Sequence record: OP870147.1 | DNA from: Escherichia phage vB_Eco_F31 | Length of the DNA: 64,000 nucleotides | Strand: one strand, 5' to 3' | In this document: piece by piece, positions 45,083 to 54,966 of the stretch | Layout: each line of letters begins with the position of its first letter | Numbering within the stretch: the first letter of the stretch is position 1 | Position numbers and translations under genes: made by a program | Notes under the pieces: generated by a model | Seen by the model: the letters and a program-made list of their open reading frames with translations, nothing else | What the model was told of the DNA's origin: nothing | Database searches by the model: none

Positions 45083-46896
45083 TGGTGTTTAACCCTATGC
45101 ATGATTTCTTTATTTTTACCGAGATTAAATCCGCGTTCGTTCGGATTTCCCAAATAACCGCATGTTCTTCTTATGGTGTTCATCTTTTTAGGATCAGTTT
45201 CTCCGCAAACTGAACAAACAAATCCGTTTTCAGTAGGAGTCATTTCATGGGTACTTCCACATGTAAAACATTTATCTACTGGCATATTAACACCAAAATA
45301 ATCTAAATGTTGTGCAGCATAATCCCAGACGGCCTCAAGTCCCTTTAAATTGTTTTTCATATCTGGAAGTTCAACATAAGAAATGTGACCACCTGTCGCA
45401 ATGAAATGATATGGCGCTTCACGAGAAATCTTTTCAAACGGAGTAATATTTTCTTCTACTGAAACGTGGAAACTGTTAGTGTACCAGCCTTTATCGGTAA
45501 CATCCTTTACACTTCCATATTTTTCTGTATCGAGTTTACAGAAGCGATAACAAAGGTTTTCAGCAGGAGTCGAATATAAACTAAAAGCAAATCCAGTTCT
45601 TTCAGACCACTGTTTAAGATGAGCATTCATTTTAGTTAAAATTTCTTGCCCAATATCACGACCAACAAGAATATTCAATTCGTGAATACCAATGTATCCT
45701 AAAGACACTGAACTTCTACCGTTTTTAAATAACTCAATTATGTCGTCATCAGGTTTAAGACGAACCCCGAATGCACCTTCTTGGTAAAGAATAGGAGCAA
45801 CAGTCGCTTTAACTCCTTTTAAGGAACTAATTCTACACATCAAAGCTTCAAAACACAGGTCCATTCGTTCGTTAAATAGCTCAACAAATTTCTGTTCATT
45901 GAACTGTGTTCCAATATAAGAATCTAACGCAATACGAGGAAGATTCAGTGTTACAACACCAAGATTATTACGTCCATCAAGAATTTCATTACCAGTCGAA
46001 TCTTTCCATACGCTCAAGAAACTACGGCAACCCATTGGAGAAACTGGAACTGAAGAACCGGTAATAGCTTTATTATTCTTAACCGAAATAATGTCAGGAT
46101 ACATTCTTTTGCTTGCACATTCTAACGCAAGTTGTTTAATATCATAGTTTGGATCATCTTTATAAAGATTAACACCTTCTTCAACAAACATAACAAGTTT
46201 AGGAAAAATAGGAGTTATTCCATCACGACCAAGACCTTTAATGCGGTTTTTAAGAATTGCCTTCTGAATCATTCGTTCAGTCCAGTCAGTTCCCGTACCA
46301 AATGTAATTGTTACAAAAGGCGTTTGTCCGTTTGAACTAAAGAGAGTATTTACTTCGTATTCATAAGCTTGGAATGCGTCATAGACATCTTTTTCTGTTT
46401 TAGATTGAGCATAATTCAACGCATCAGCGATTTGCCATTTTTCTGCATCTTCAACATGTTTAGCGTATGTGCGTTTAACATAAGGAGAAAGAACTTTATC
46501 TACATTCGCAAATGTAGTTCCGCCATACTGGTGTGAAGCAACTTGTGCGGTAATTTGTGCCATAATTGCAGTAGCAACACCAATAGATTTAGGCGTTTCA
46601 ATTTGAGCATTGCCTAATTTAAATCCATTCTCAAGCATCCCCTTTAAATCGACTAAACAGCAATTGGTAAACGGAAGAGCAGGAGAATAATCAATATCAT
46701 GCATGTGAATGATTCCGCTTTCATGCGCATTCATAATAAAAGACGGGACCATATTTTTGGCAATGTGCTTAGACACAATACCAGCCATAAGGTCCCGTTG
46801 AGTTGGAAAAACACGAGAATCTTTATTAGCATTCTCGTTCAAAAGATCTTTATTAGTTTTATAAATTAATCCTTCAATTTCTTTTTCAATTTTCAT
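45079..46896 (-). CDS. nrdD: anaerobic ribonucleoside-triphosphate reductase NrdD
   Basis: 605 aa; C-terminal glycyl-radical motif RRTCGYLG; zinc-ribbon cysteines; no intron interruption. Confidence 0.9.
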   Translation of the reverse strand: MKIEKEIEGLIYKTNKDLLNENANKDSRVFPTQRDLMAGIVSKHIAKNMVPSFIMNAHESGIIHMHDIDYSPALPFTNCCLVDLKGMLENGFKLGNAQIETPKSIGVATAIMAQITAQVASHQYGGTTFANVDKVLSPYVKRTYAKHVEDAEKWQIADALNYAQSKTEKDVYDAFQAYEYEVNTLFSSNGQTPFVTITFGTGTDWTERMIQKAILKNRIKGLGRDGITPIFPKLVMFVEEGVNLYKDDPNYDIKQLALECASKRMYPDIISVKNNKAITGSSVPVSPMGCRSFLSVWKDSTGNEILDGRNNLGVVTLNLPRIALDSYIGTQFNEQKFVELFNERMDLCFEALMCRISSLKGVKATVAPILYQEGAFGVRLKPDDDIIELFKNGRSSVSLGYIGIHELNILVGRDIGQEILTKMNAHLKQWSERTGFAFSLYSTPAENLCYRFCKLDTEKYGSVKDVTDKGWYTNSFHVSVEENITPFEKISREAPYHFIATGGHISYVELPDMKNNLKGLEAVWDYAAQHLDYFGVNMPVDKCFTCGSTHEMTPTENGFVCSVCGETDPKKMNTIRRTCGYLGNPNERGFNLGKNKEIMHRVKHQ

Positions 46897-47366
46897 TTTA
46901 AACTCTTTCTAAGCTGCTTTTTGAATGAAGCTATTAATTGTGTTTTAGTATCAGATTCATTATATTCAAATCCTCTTTGAAGCATCTCGGACATCATTTC
47001 CTCTTTACCTAGTCTTGAGAACTCTTTAGTTTTGTCTGGAACAAAATTAGGATGGATATTATTATCAGAATAATCTTGTTTCAAATAAGCAAGAAGAGAT
47101 TCAAGCCATTCGAGGTAATCAACGTTTTGACCTTTAAGACCAGAACGGTTGAACTTATGCTTCATTTGGCCTTCTGCTGCGTTGCACAGATTACAGAGTA
47201 ACCCACGAACTTTACCGGCTTTTGGCCCGCTTAATTCGTGGTCGTGGTCAAGATGGTTACCTTGAACATCAGGGTCTAATTCACGGTGGCAAATTGGACA
47301 CTTACCATTCTGTGCATCATAAAATTTTTGTTTTTCTTCTTTATATTTTGCGCCTGATAATAACAT
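46893..47366 (-). CDS. 49: endonuclease VII (Holliday junction resolvase), gp49
   Basis: 157 aa; CPICHREL...HLDHDH motif; near-identical to T4 endo VII as recalled. Confidence 0.85.
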   Translation of the reverse strand: MLLSGAKYKEEKQKFYDAQNGKCPICHRELDPDVQGNHLDHDHELSGPKAGKVRGLLCNLCNAAEGQMKHKFNRSGLKGQNVDYLEWLESLLAYLKQDYSDNNIHPNFVPDKTKEFSRLGKEEMMSEMLQRGFEYNESDTKTQLIASFKKQLRKSLK

Positions 47367-47401
47367 GATAAACCCTTACCTTAAATAGATAAGGGTATTT
47401 A

Positions 47402-47827
47402 TTAACTTAAACGTCTTTCTAAATATTCAATGTATTCTGCGGCTGCTTGCATCAGGTTACCTTCATAGCCGTCGTTATTTTCTTGTCCGGCTAATTTAGC
47501 TAATGCATAAGAAATTCGTTCACCTTCGAATTCACCAAGTTTACTACCTAGCACATCTGCAATATCAGCCGAATCAATTTCTTCGAGTTCATCTATTGAA
47601 TGTGATTCCCAGAAGCACCAAAGAGAAGTATCACGGTCATAGATGCAAAGTTTCTCACCAGTGTTCAACATCACTTCAATAATGCCATGGTCGCCATAAC
47701 CATCTTCGGTCGTAGTACCAATTACCTTGATGATTGTATCTTTCTTTAATTCAGGAAACTTAACTTGCAGTTCTTCGTCGTCTTTAACAATCTTGAACCA
47801 CTTACCACGTGTGTCGGAAATATTCAT
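47402..47827 (-). CDS. hypothetical protein (pin position)
   Basis: about 141 aa from MNISDTRGKWF; syntenic with T4 pin, unverified. Confidence 0.4.
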   Translation of the reverse strand: MNISDTRGKWFKIVKDDEELQVKFPELKKDTIIKVIGTTTEDGYGDHGIIEVMLNTGEKLCIYDRDTSLWCFWESHSIDELEEIDSADIADVLGSKLGEFEGERISYALAKLAGQENNDGYEGNLMQAAAEYIEYLERRLS

Positions 47828-47828
47828 A

Positions 47829-47999
47829 TCAATATTCTCTATAAAAGTTACGATGAGAACGTTTAGCTTTGCGAAGCTGACGTTTAGTAGGACGAACTGT
47901 AAATGGTTGTCCAGAGAAAAAAATCGGATCGGTTTTAATAAGCAAATACCAATCATGCTTGCCATTTTTTAATAAACGGTACAATAATTTAACTTGCAT
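47829..47999 (-). CDS. small basic hypothetical protein
   Basis: 56 aa from MQVKLLYRLL with GGGAAGAGA RBS. Confidence 0.35.
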   Translation of the reverse strand: MQVKLLYRLLKNGKHDWYLLIKTDPIFFSGQPFTVRPTKRQLRKAKRSHRNFYREY

Positions 48000-48127
48000 A
48001 ATAATCTCTTCCCATCTCCATATCAATTAATTCATTTATTGAAGGTTCATCATAACACGTTTCTTCGTCGTTGTAAACTGTTTCGACGTCTGGCTCGACT
48101 GTCTCCCATCGAGCCGAATACCATGGC

Positions 48128-48484
48128 TTAACCCCGGAGTTTATTGAGCTCTTCATAATCAATCCAGGATTCTAGCCCTGACGGCAGGTCACATTCAATG
48201 TTCCACAGAAGCTCTTCAATGGCTTGCAGGCGATTATATTCTTCAACGGTAATGGTAACCATTGGTGCAACCGGTTCTGCCTTTTTAACCATCATGTCGT
48301 TCATCAGGACGTAAAGGTCATCACGAACGACAGTGTCGTTCCATCCCCATGATTTGGCTTCGTAAGCTAATGATGAAGGGAGCACATTTAAAACTTCAAT
48401 AATAGTTGGAGCATCAGGACCAAGTTCATTGGCACAAACTTCGTATACATCTTGGAAATCTTTAAGATTTAATGAATATGTCAT
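48128..48484 (-). CDS. hypothetical protein
   Basis: 118-aa acidic ORF. Confidence 0.45.
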   Translation of the reverse strand: MTYSLNLKDFQDVYEVCANELGPDAPTIIEVLNVLPSSLAYEAKSWGWNDTVVRDDLYVLMNDMMVKKAEPVAPMVTITVEEYNRLQAIEELLWNIECDLPSGLESWIDYEELNKLRG

Positions 48485-48502
48485 TTAAAATTTTCTCGCA
48501 GG

Positions 48503-48799
48503 TTATTGTTCTACCCATGAACAAGAGACTTCAAAATCAGGACCACCGTATTCCCAGTGATATTCACCAACAGGAATCCAGTCACCGTGCTCGTTTTCTT
48601 CATAGTCCTCAGGCTCAAGGCCAACGAATCGCCATTGGACACCGATGATTCGATTACCCATCATTACTCGAAATTCGCCCCATGGATTATCGATAGCATA
48701 CTGAATATCGTTCTTGGCACGAGAGCACATTTCTTGATATAATAAAGCTTCTAATTCACCCTGGTCATAAGGGCCAGGGAAAGTTAAATCAATACTCAT
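48503..48799 (-). CDS. hypothetical protein
   Basis: 98-aa acidic, Trp-rich ORF. Confidence 0.45.
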   Translation of the reverse strand: MSIDLTFPGPYDQGELEALLYQEMCSRAKNDIQYAIDNPWGEFRVMMGNRIIGVQWRFVGLEPEDYEENEHGDWIPVGEYHWEYGGPDFEVSCSWVEQ

Positions 48800-49059
48800 T
48801 TAAAATATTCTCGTAGTTGGTCAAATCCACCAATGTGACTTCCGTCAGGAGCAAACACCTGAGGCATAGTCAATCCAACTTGTGATTCACGTCCAAGCTT
48901 AACCAGAAGCTCAGCAATTTTCTCATCATCAAAAACACCTTTTTCTGGCATAACGTTAATGAATTCGAATGGTTGTTTCTTAACAGTCAGCAATCGTTTC
49001 GCATTATCACAATAAATGCATTTATGAATAGTAGAGTCATACCCGTACACTTTAAACAT
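48796..49059 (-). CDS. nrdC: thioredoxin/glutaredoxin NrdC
   Basis: 87 aa from MFKVYGYDSTIHKCIYCDNAKRLL; CxYC redox motif; near-colinear with T4 NrdC. Confidence 0.85.
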   Translation of the reverse strand: MFKVYGYDSTIHKCIYCDNAKRLLTVKKQPFEFINVMPEKGVFDDEKIAELLVKLGRESQVGLTMPQVFAPDGSHIGGFDQLREYFK

Positions 49060-49465
49060 TATTTTTCCTTTCATCGATTAAATATGCAATGCCAAATACA
49101 ATACATGTAATAAAACCTGTGATACAGATAGAAACCAACAATACTGTACCAAAGAACCAAATCAAGTTATCTTTGGTAGTTTGTTTGATATCCATCTCAC
49201 GAATTTCTATAGCTATCGTATCACCTTTATTCAGAAGCGTATAAAACGATGGCGATACACGCCTGTCAAAAACTCGTCCTTGCTCATCTTTATAGACTGC
49301 AATAAATTCTAATTTAGAATATTTTCCTGTAGATTGGCCTGAGATTAATTCCACTACCTCCACAGGAATTACTTTAGTTTCCATGTAAGTATTCTGGCTG
49401 TTCCAAATGAATGGAATAATAGCAAAAACTAAAGCTGTGATAAAACAACGAAGGCTATATCTCAT
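49052..49465 (-). CDS. membrane protein
   Basis: 137 aa with N- and C-terminal hydrophobic helices. Confidence 0.45.
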   Translation of the reverse strand: MRYSLRCFITALVFAIIPFIWNSQNTYMETKVIPVEVVELISGQSTGKYSKLEFIAVYKDEQGRVFDRRVSPSFYTLLNKGDTIAIEIREMDIKQTTKDNLIWFFGTVLLVSICITGFITCIVFGIAYLIDERKNNV

Positions 49466-49770
49466 TATAATGTTCTCTCAAATTTGTGGAAGCATTTACG
49501 GCATTTCAATTTCAAGTTATCAGTTGTCCAGTTAACCAGTTGGACTTGGATAGTTCCACATTCCGGGCATGGATGTTTTGCTGCCGATTTGGCAGCATTT
49601 TCACGTCGTTCAACCATTTTCATTATTTCGTTCCATGCCGGAGGAACAAACTCTTCTTCACCGTGGATTTTATCTCGCTGAACAAATTCAATCTTTGAAC
49701 TATCGTCAATAAACTTAACCAAGCCATGATTAGTGCTCATATCAATATCCTCTAAAAGACGTAGTTTCAT
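49465..49770 (-). CDS. zinc-ribbon protein
   Basis: 101 aa; CPECG...CRKC. Confidence 0.45.
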   Translation of the reverse strand: MKLRLLEDIDMSTNHGLVKFIDDSSKIEFVQRDKIHGEEEFVPPAWNEIMKMVERRENAAKSAAKHPCPECGTIQVQLVNWTTDNLKLKCRKCFHKFERTL

Positions 49771-50720
49771 TATAACACCTCAATGGCATTTCGTAAACCA
49801 TCCGCTTTCGCATTCAGAGCTTTTAACGATTTAGTTTGTTCTGCAATCTGGGCTTCGACTTCTTTCAGACGAGATTTGAGATATTCGCGTTCTTCTCTTA
49901 AGTTATCAACCTTTTCTGCTTTAGGCTCTTTAATAGGCTTAGGCTTATACTCGTTAGGGTTCTTCAACTTAATTTGAATGCGAGAACTGTATAACATTGA
50001 ACCATTATCTTCGGTTTCATCATACATTTCTACCACGTCCATGATTCTTAACATCATGCGAAGTTTATAAGACAGCGAACGAATGGTTTTATTGTGCTTC
50101 TTAATTTCTTCAGCTTTCATGGTGCCGAGATTACGTGAGTAATAATAAGGAACCTGAATATCAATTGATAATGATGCGGTACCATTACCGGTTGGTTTGA
50201 ACACTGCAGTAACCCAATCTTTAGCATGAACTGTATTTGTACGATCATCGCCGCCTGTGAATAATTTACGAGAATGTTTAAAAAGCATATTCACTTGGTT
50301 ATTGAATTCACAAGCAAATTTATCAGCAAATTTAGTTTCAGGAATGGTAGTTAACCAATCAGCCAAATGAGTCTTTTTAACATCATTAACAATAGTGAAT
50401 TCAACCAAATCGGTTTTAGATGTCACAGTTTTAATAAAGCTCGGCTTCATAAAGTTTTTAATGTTATCGCGAGCTACAGTAGAAGATAATAAACGAGAAC
50501 GTTTGAACCATTGAAGCAGTGTCCCTAATGAATGAGAATATGCATTTTGAGTATCTTTACAGATATGATTTTCTTGGCCTATGTATGTACCAAAATCTCG
50601 AAGAATACCACTTACTACATCTCGGTGTGGAACATCAAATCCTAGTGCACCAGAAGCACGTTGGGCATGAACGTTAGCGATAAGACCTGCAAAGTATTCA
50701 ATGTAATGTGAACGTGTCAT
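49770..50720 (-). CDS. hypothetical protein with C-terminal coiled coil
   Basis: 316 aa; preceded by a repeated promoter cassette. Confidence 0.5.
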   Translation of the reverse strand: MTRSHYIEYFAGLIANVHAQRASGALGFDVPHRDVVSGILRDFGTYIGQENHICKDTQNAYSHSLGTLLQWFKRSRLLSSTVARDNIKNFMKPSFIKTVTSKTDLVEFTIVNDVKKTHLADWLTTIPETKFADKFACEFNNQVNMLFKHSRKLFTGGDDRTNTVHAKDWVTAVFKPTGNGTASLSIDIQVPYYYSRNLGTMKAEEIKKHNKTIRSLSYKLRMMLRIMDVVEMYDETEDNGSMLYSSRIQIKLKNPNEYKPKPIKEPKAEKVDNLREEREYLKSRLKEVEAQIAEQTKSLKALNAKADGLRNAIEVL

Positions 50721-50749
50721 AATATTTTCCTCTCGTTAAGATAAATTCA

Positions 50750-50778
50750 TTATACTCCAACCATCCTTGGTTGTAAAC
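50750..50778 (-). repeat. repeated early promoter cassette (copy 2), PeSL-like
   Basis: attatactccaaccatccttggttgtaaac; GTTTAC-N17-GTATAAT on the minus strand upstream of ORF 49770-50720. Confidence 0.55.
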
Positions 50779-50782
50779 TATT

Positions 50783-51742
50783 TTATGATTTTAATGCATT
50801 CATTGCGTTAAAAAGTTTAGAATACTGCAACTGGAGATTCGTTACAACACTTTGAGCATCACGAAGCTTAGCTTGTGCTTTGTCAAGTTCAACAGACAGT
50901 TGGTCCATAGTGGCCTTGATTTGATTGTAATGGTAATCTTCGGCCGGAAGAAGGTCATTAGAAACATTTAGTTTTACTGCAGACAGTTTGCACACATTTG
51001 GCAAACCTTTAAACATTGATTTAGCCGAAGTAGAATAAGCACTTAGGACTTCGGCTTGTTCAATTGGGGTCCCAGTAAGCGATGCTTCAAACAATGCATT
51101 TTCCTTTTTAAGATTTTGATAGTATTCAGAGTCTTTGTGCCACCATGGCGCAGGAACCTTTTTACCAATAGATACACGAGCCTGGATAGCGATATTGCCC
51201 TTATTCTTGATAGGGTCGATAATATTAAGCTCACGAGAATAAATTGCTTTAATCTGGTGAATATTATCACCTAACACTTCCAACGCTTGGTGGAATACAC
51301 GAGCAACGTTATCATTCTTAGGTTTATACGTGAGAGTGAACTCGTTCTCACTGATAACCATGATTTCCAACTTATCGTAAGTATATTTCAAATGTTTCAT
51401 GTTAATTGCTTGAGGACGAATACGAGAAGCAATGGCCATCAGATTGTTAAGGTTATTCCGGAACTGCTTAGCGAAATATTGTCCTTCACCGCCAATACAA
51501 AAATTACGAAGTTTCTGTTTGGCCAATAAACGGCTGAACTCACCATTTTTAATGAACTCTTTAACGGGTGTGTTAGTAACGCATTCAAATTTAGTAAACT
51601 TACGAGAATTAATCCCATAATACGAACAGATTTCCTCAATCTCTTCAGGAGTCTTTACAGGCATACGGATAGGATTAGGTCCTGGAGTATATGCGTTCGA
51701 GGTAAATTCTTTGATAAGTTCTTTACGTGTAATAAAAGCCAT
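50783..51742 (-). CDS. hypothetical protein with C-terminal coiled coil
   Basis: 319 aa; preceded by an identical promoter cassette. Confidence 0.5.
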   Translation of the reverse strand: MAFITRKELIKEFTSNAYTPGPNPIRMPVKTPEEIEEICSYYGINSRKFTKFECVTNTPVKEFIKNGEFSRLLAKQKLRNFCIGGEGQYFAKQFRNNLNNLMAIASRIRPQAINMKHLKYTYDKLEIMVISENEFTLTYKPKNDNVARVFHQALEVLGDNIHQIKAIYSRELNIIDPIKNKGNIAIQARVSIGKKVPAPWWHKDSEYYQNLKKENALFEASLTGTPIEQAEVLSAYSTSAKSMFKGLPNVCKLSAVKLNVSNDLLPAEDYHYNQIKATMDQLSVELDKAQAKLRDAQSVVTNLQLQYSKLFNAMNALKS

Positions 51743-51769
51743 TTTATATTCCTCATGTTGAAAAATTTA

Positions 51770-51797
51770 TTATACTCCAACCATCCTTGGTTGTACA
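51770..51797 (-). repeat. repeated early promoter cassette (copy 3), PeSL-like
   Basis: attatactccaaccatccttggttgtaca upstream of ORF 50783-51742. Confidence 0.55.
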
Positions 51798-52793
51798 TCA
51801 TTCCTTAAGAAGTTTTACTACCTGAATAAGATTAGCTCGTTCTGTTTTATTTTTACCGTTTAAGCCTGCTAATCGTGAGATTTCATCGTCAGTCTGTTGA
51901 ATAGTTACATTAAGTTCGTTAATCAAAGCTTCAAAGTATTTGATTTGCTCAGCATGTTTTGATTCAAATTTCTGAACCGGAATAACGTCTTGGTTTAGTT
52001 CATCAATAAGGTCTTTAAGAGCATCTTCTTGGTTGATATCATATTCAACTTCTTTTATTTCTTCAATGAGCTCGTCTTTATATCTAACGTCTTTTAGTCC
52101 TGGTGCTGGTCCTGAAATCTCTTCTTTAAGAGTACAAACATATCCAATACGGTATCCAATGCCGTCTCGCTTGATATCAACTTCGTCGATAAATCCACAA
52201 TGTTTAAGCCCGGAGCCGATTATGTCAAAATATCCTTGACGTCGTCCTTCAAACGTTACACGAACTACTAAGACAGTTTTACCTGCAACCTTTTGAAGCT
52301 CACATTTATAAAAGTCAGTTGAACCTGAATAACGTGGATGAGTTTTAAAGTTCATCTGACGATCTAGGCCCATTTGTAAGCGTGCTGTTACGGCCATAAA
52401 ACGTGTTTGGTTCTCGTTAAGATGAGCAACAATCCATTTCAAAGGCATTTTACACTGTTCACGACCGAACAAATCAGTACGTCCTAGATTACGCAGGATG
52501 TTGTTAGAGTTAATCATCGACAGAACGTTAAGTTTATTCAGCGCGCTGAAGATTCCATCAGCCATTGATTTTCCATAACCTTTACACGCTTTAATAAGTG
52601 CTCGCGGCAGATTAGTATAGATTTCAGACGGCATATGAAAATCAAATTTACTAGTCAGTAATTGATGAACTTGGATAGCAATTTGCTCATAATTAAGTGC
52701 TCTGCGATCGTTATGGTCTTTAAACCACACTTTAATCTGTGAAGCACATAAACCGTTAATTTCATGTTTTACCGCATCAGATGTAATGCTCAT
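51798..52793 (-). CDS. hypothetical protein with C-terminal coiled coil
   Basis: 331-aa ORF. Confidence 0.5.
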   Translation of the reverse strand: MSITSDAVKHEINGLCASQIKVWFKDHNDRRALNYEQIAIQVHQLLTSKFDFHMPSEIYTNLPRALIKACKGYGKSMADGIFSALNKLNVLSMINSNNILRNLGRTDLFGREQCKMPLKWIVAHLNENQTRFMAVTARLQMGLDRQMNFKTHPRYSGSTDFYKCELQKVAGKTVLVVRVTFEGRRQGYFDIIGSGLKHCGFIDEVDIKRDGIGYRIGYVCTLKEEISGPAPGLKDVRYKDELIEEIKEVEYDINQEDALKDLIDELNQDVIPVQKFESKHAEQIKYFEALINELNVTIQQTDDEISRLAGLNGKNKTERANLIQVVKLLKE

Positions 52794-52855
52794 AACTATT
52801 TCCTCAGATTGAATTGGAACTCAAAACCATTATAACCCGTCCTTGGGTAAAGCGT

Positions 52856-53383
52856 TTATGCGTGAACCGTCTTTAAACGTTCTTCAAATTTCCGAAGAGT
52901 ACTAATACGTTCTGCTTTCTGTTTTGTATAGTTTGCAATACGTTCTGAAGTGAGAGCGTATCGTTCGTTTACTGTTTCTTTCATGAAGTCAGGGATTTCA
53001 CGAGAAGCTTTAATTTCATCAAACTTATCGAGTACTGCCTGGTCTTCAGCAATTAAATTTTCGTACATCTCGATATCTTTCTTGATGAAGTCGATATCTT
53101 CCTGGGTTACTTTGGATAAACGAGATGCTTTATCCTTTTTGTACTGCTCGTTAGTTTCACGAGACCAGAATAATGTACGTTTTTTGTTAGTGTTTTTGTA
53201 GACTTCCACAATTCCAACTGAATCGATGATAACAATCCAATTCCAGCGAGATTTGAAAATCTGACCTCCGTCCACGGTAATCTCGTTACCATAAGCAACG
53301 TCATTAAAGAACTTGCTTTGTGCTTCAGATTTAAATTTACCGTCGTTATAATTTACCAGGTTGAAAATATCTTTAGCGTTCAT
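52856..53383 (-). CDS. hypothetical protein
   Basis: 175-aa ORF with early promoter upstream. Confidence 0.45.
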   Translation of the reverse strand: MNAKDIFNLVNYNDGKFKSEAQSKFFNDVAYGNEITVDGGQIFKSRWNWIVIIDSVGIVEVYKNTNKKRTLFWSRETNEQYKKDKASRLSKVTQEDIDFIKKDIEMYENLIAEDQAVLDKFDEIKASREIPDFMKETVNERYALTSERIANYTKQKAERISTLRKFEERLKTVHA

Positions 53384-53410
53384 GTTTTACCTCCAGTAGT
53401 TGATAGGTCT

Positions 53411-53439
53411 ATAATAACATAACCATAGACCTTGTAAAC
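53411..53439 (-). promoter_or_regulatory. early promoter GTTTAC-N17-TATTAT-AGACCTATC
   Basis: Inverted repeat AGGTCTAT/ATAGACCT flanks the -10; upstream of ORF 52856-53383. Confidence 0.55.
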
Positions 53440-53441
53440 AA

Positions 53442-53729
53442 CTAAAAGAAACTTTTTTCGGTATTTTTTCCACTGAACCAAACAGACTTCGGGATTTTTT
53501 GTAATTTTTCAGATTTAAGTTTCTCTTCTTGTTCTTTCTTATATACACCCTTGTCGTACTGGAGCATCTCTATGGCATTCTTTTGCAAACGATCTAAGGT
53601 AATTAAGGCTTTAGTTTTTCCTTTCAAGGAAGAGTCCTGGCGAACCTCCTCACTATATTGCATCGTAGAACTAACCATACGATGAGCATACAGTTCGACT
53701 GCGGCTTTAATTTTTTGCATAAAATCCAT
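53442..53729 (-). CDS. small hypothetical protein
   Basis: 95-aa ORF. Confidence 0.4.
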   Translation of the reverse strand: MDFMQKIKAAVELYAHRMVSSTMQYSEEVRQDSSLKGKTKALITLDRLQKNAIEMLQYDKGVYKKEQEEKLKSEKLQKIPKSVWFSGKNTEKSFF

Positions 53730-53866
53730 AACATATCCTCTTTGATTTGTACATCATTATTTTAAATATTTCTATGCCCTCAGTAGGTTCCTGGTGTCCT
53801 TCTTTGAGTTAAGCCATATGATTATTCATCTTTATGGCTTTTGTTACCTCAGAACTTCCTATAAGC

Positions 53867-54868
53867 TTATTTCAGTAAAGTTACTTCAGAGATTTCTTCC
53901 CAACCATCTTTATCAGTTGAAATAAAATCTGCTACATAAAGAGCCGTACGTAATGATACATTGCGAAGACGAGATACATTAGCCTTCATCCAGGACAATG
54001 CTTTGTACGTTTCTGCATCCGTCAGGCCACGTTTCTGCATCATGTCAGTAGATAATATTACATCTTCAACTCGAACCATAATCTCTTCATTAGAGTGTAC
54101 TCCAAGGTCGAGATACACTGAACGAGATACTAAAGCTTGAAGGTGTGGAGCAAGTTTCGAACCCCGTTCTAACTCTTTATCGATATCAACGTTTGTAATG
54201 AAAACGATAGTACCTTCAAACTCAAATTCTTTATCAATACCCTTATCCTCGAGATAAGATGACGCAGTGCTCCAACAAACTTTGCGTTTATCGCCGGTAT
54301 CTAATGCTGCTTTAAGAAGGTTCAAGATGTCCATATCTGAGAATACGTCAACGTCGTCGATTAAGAGAACGCTGTCTGCGTCACGGTTGAGCCAAAGTTG
54401 TTCGTAAAGGCCAATACCAGAGATTTTACCATTAATGCTTTTGTATTTGATGAAACCATTATCATTAGCGTTATTAAGTGCTTTATCCAGAGAATACGTC
54501 TTACCAATACCGGCTGCACCTGAAATAATGAGTGAACGAATTTTGCCATCGATAATGCCATTCGTCATCATGTTCATTACTTTAAAGCGTTTGTTGATAC
54601 GAGTTTTCATATTTTCAGTGCTTTCAACAACTGCAACTGGCGATGTCTCAACTCCTTCCATTACGATGTCTGATTTGAAGACCCATACTCCACGTTCAGA
54701 GCCATCAATCATAACGAAAATTTTACCATCACCTAAGTGGGAACATTCAGGATTAAGCTTTGCCGGGAACCAGGTCTTTGTGGCAACATAAGAACCAGAG
54801 ATTTCGTTATTACGATAGATACCTTTTTTGATTTGAACGTTGAACATTTTATTCTCCAATTTACTCAT
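53867..54868 (-). CDS. P-loop ATPase (AAA-like)
   Basis: 333 aa; Walker A ISGAAGIGKTY; Walker B VLLIDDVD. Confidence 0.5.
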   Translation of the reverse strand: MSKLENKMFNVQIKKGIYRNNEISGSYVATKTWFPAKLNPECSHLGDGKIFVMIDGSERGVWVFKSDIVMEGVETSPVAVVESTENMKTRINKRFKVMNMMTNGIIDGKIRSLIISGAAGIGKTYSLDKALNNANDNGFIKYKSINGKISGIGLYEQLWLNRDADSVLLIDDVDVFSDMDILNLLKAALDTGDKRKVCWSTASSYLEDKGIDKEFEFEGTIVFITNVDIDKELERGSKLAPHLQALVSRSVYLDLGVHSNEEIMVRVEDVILSTDMMQKRGLTDAETYKALSWMKANVSRLRNVSLRTALYVADFISTDKDGWEEISEVTLLK

Positions 54869-54885
54869 TTCGTTTCGATAGGTCT

Positions 54886-54914
54886 ATAATAACATATCCT
54901 AAAAGCATGTACAC
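54886..54914 (-). promoter_or_regulatory. early promoter GTGTAC-N17-TATTAT-AGACCTATC
   Basis: Upstream of the P-loop ATPase gene. Confidence 0.5.
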
Positions 54915-54945
54915 TACTTTTTTAAAAATATTTTAACCCCCTAAA

Positions 54946-54961
54946 GGGACCCGAAGGTCCC
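54946..54961 (-). terminator. UUCG hairpin downstream of the secreted-protein gene
   Basis: GGGACC-TTCG-GGTCCC; weak U tract. Confidence 0.35.
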
Positions 54962-54966
54962 CGCAT

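Noticed and set aside
45079-46896. Group I intron or homing endonuclease in nrdD (as I-TevIII in T4), tk or gene 43
   Set aside because: All three ORFs are continuous at the expected lengths; no GIY-YIG or HNH motif ORFs were seen nearby.
8943-51797. Possible CRISPR array suggested by identical ~27-bp repeats
   Set aside because: Only three to five copies, separated by kilobases of coding sequence and not by short spacers; each reads as a promoter (-35, 17-bp spacer, -10) in front of a gene.
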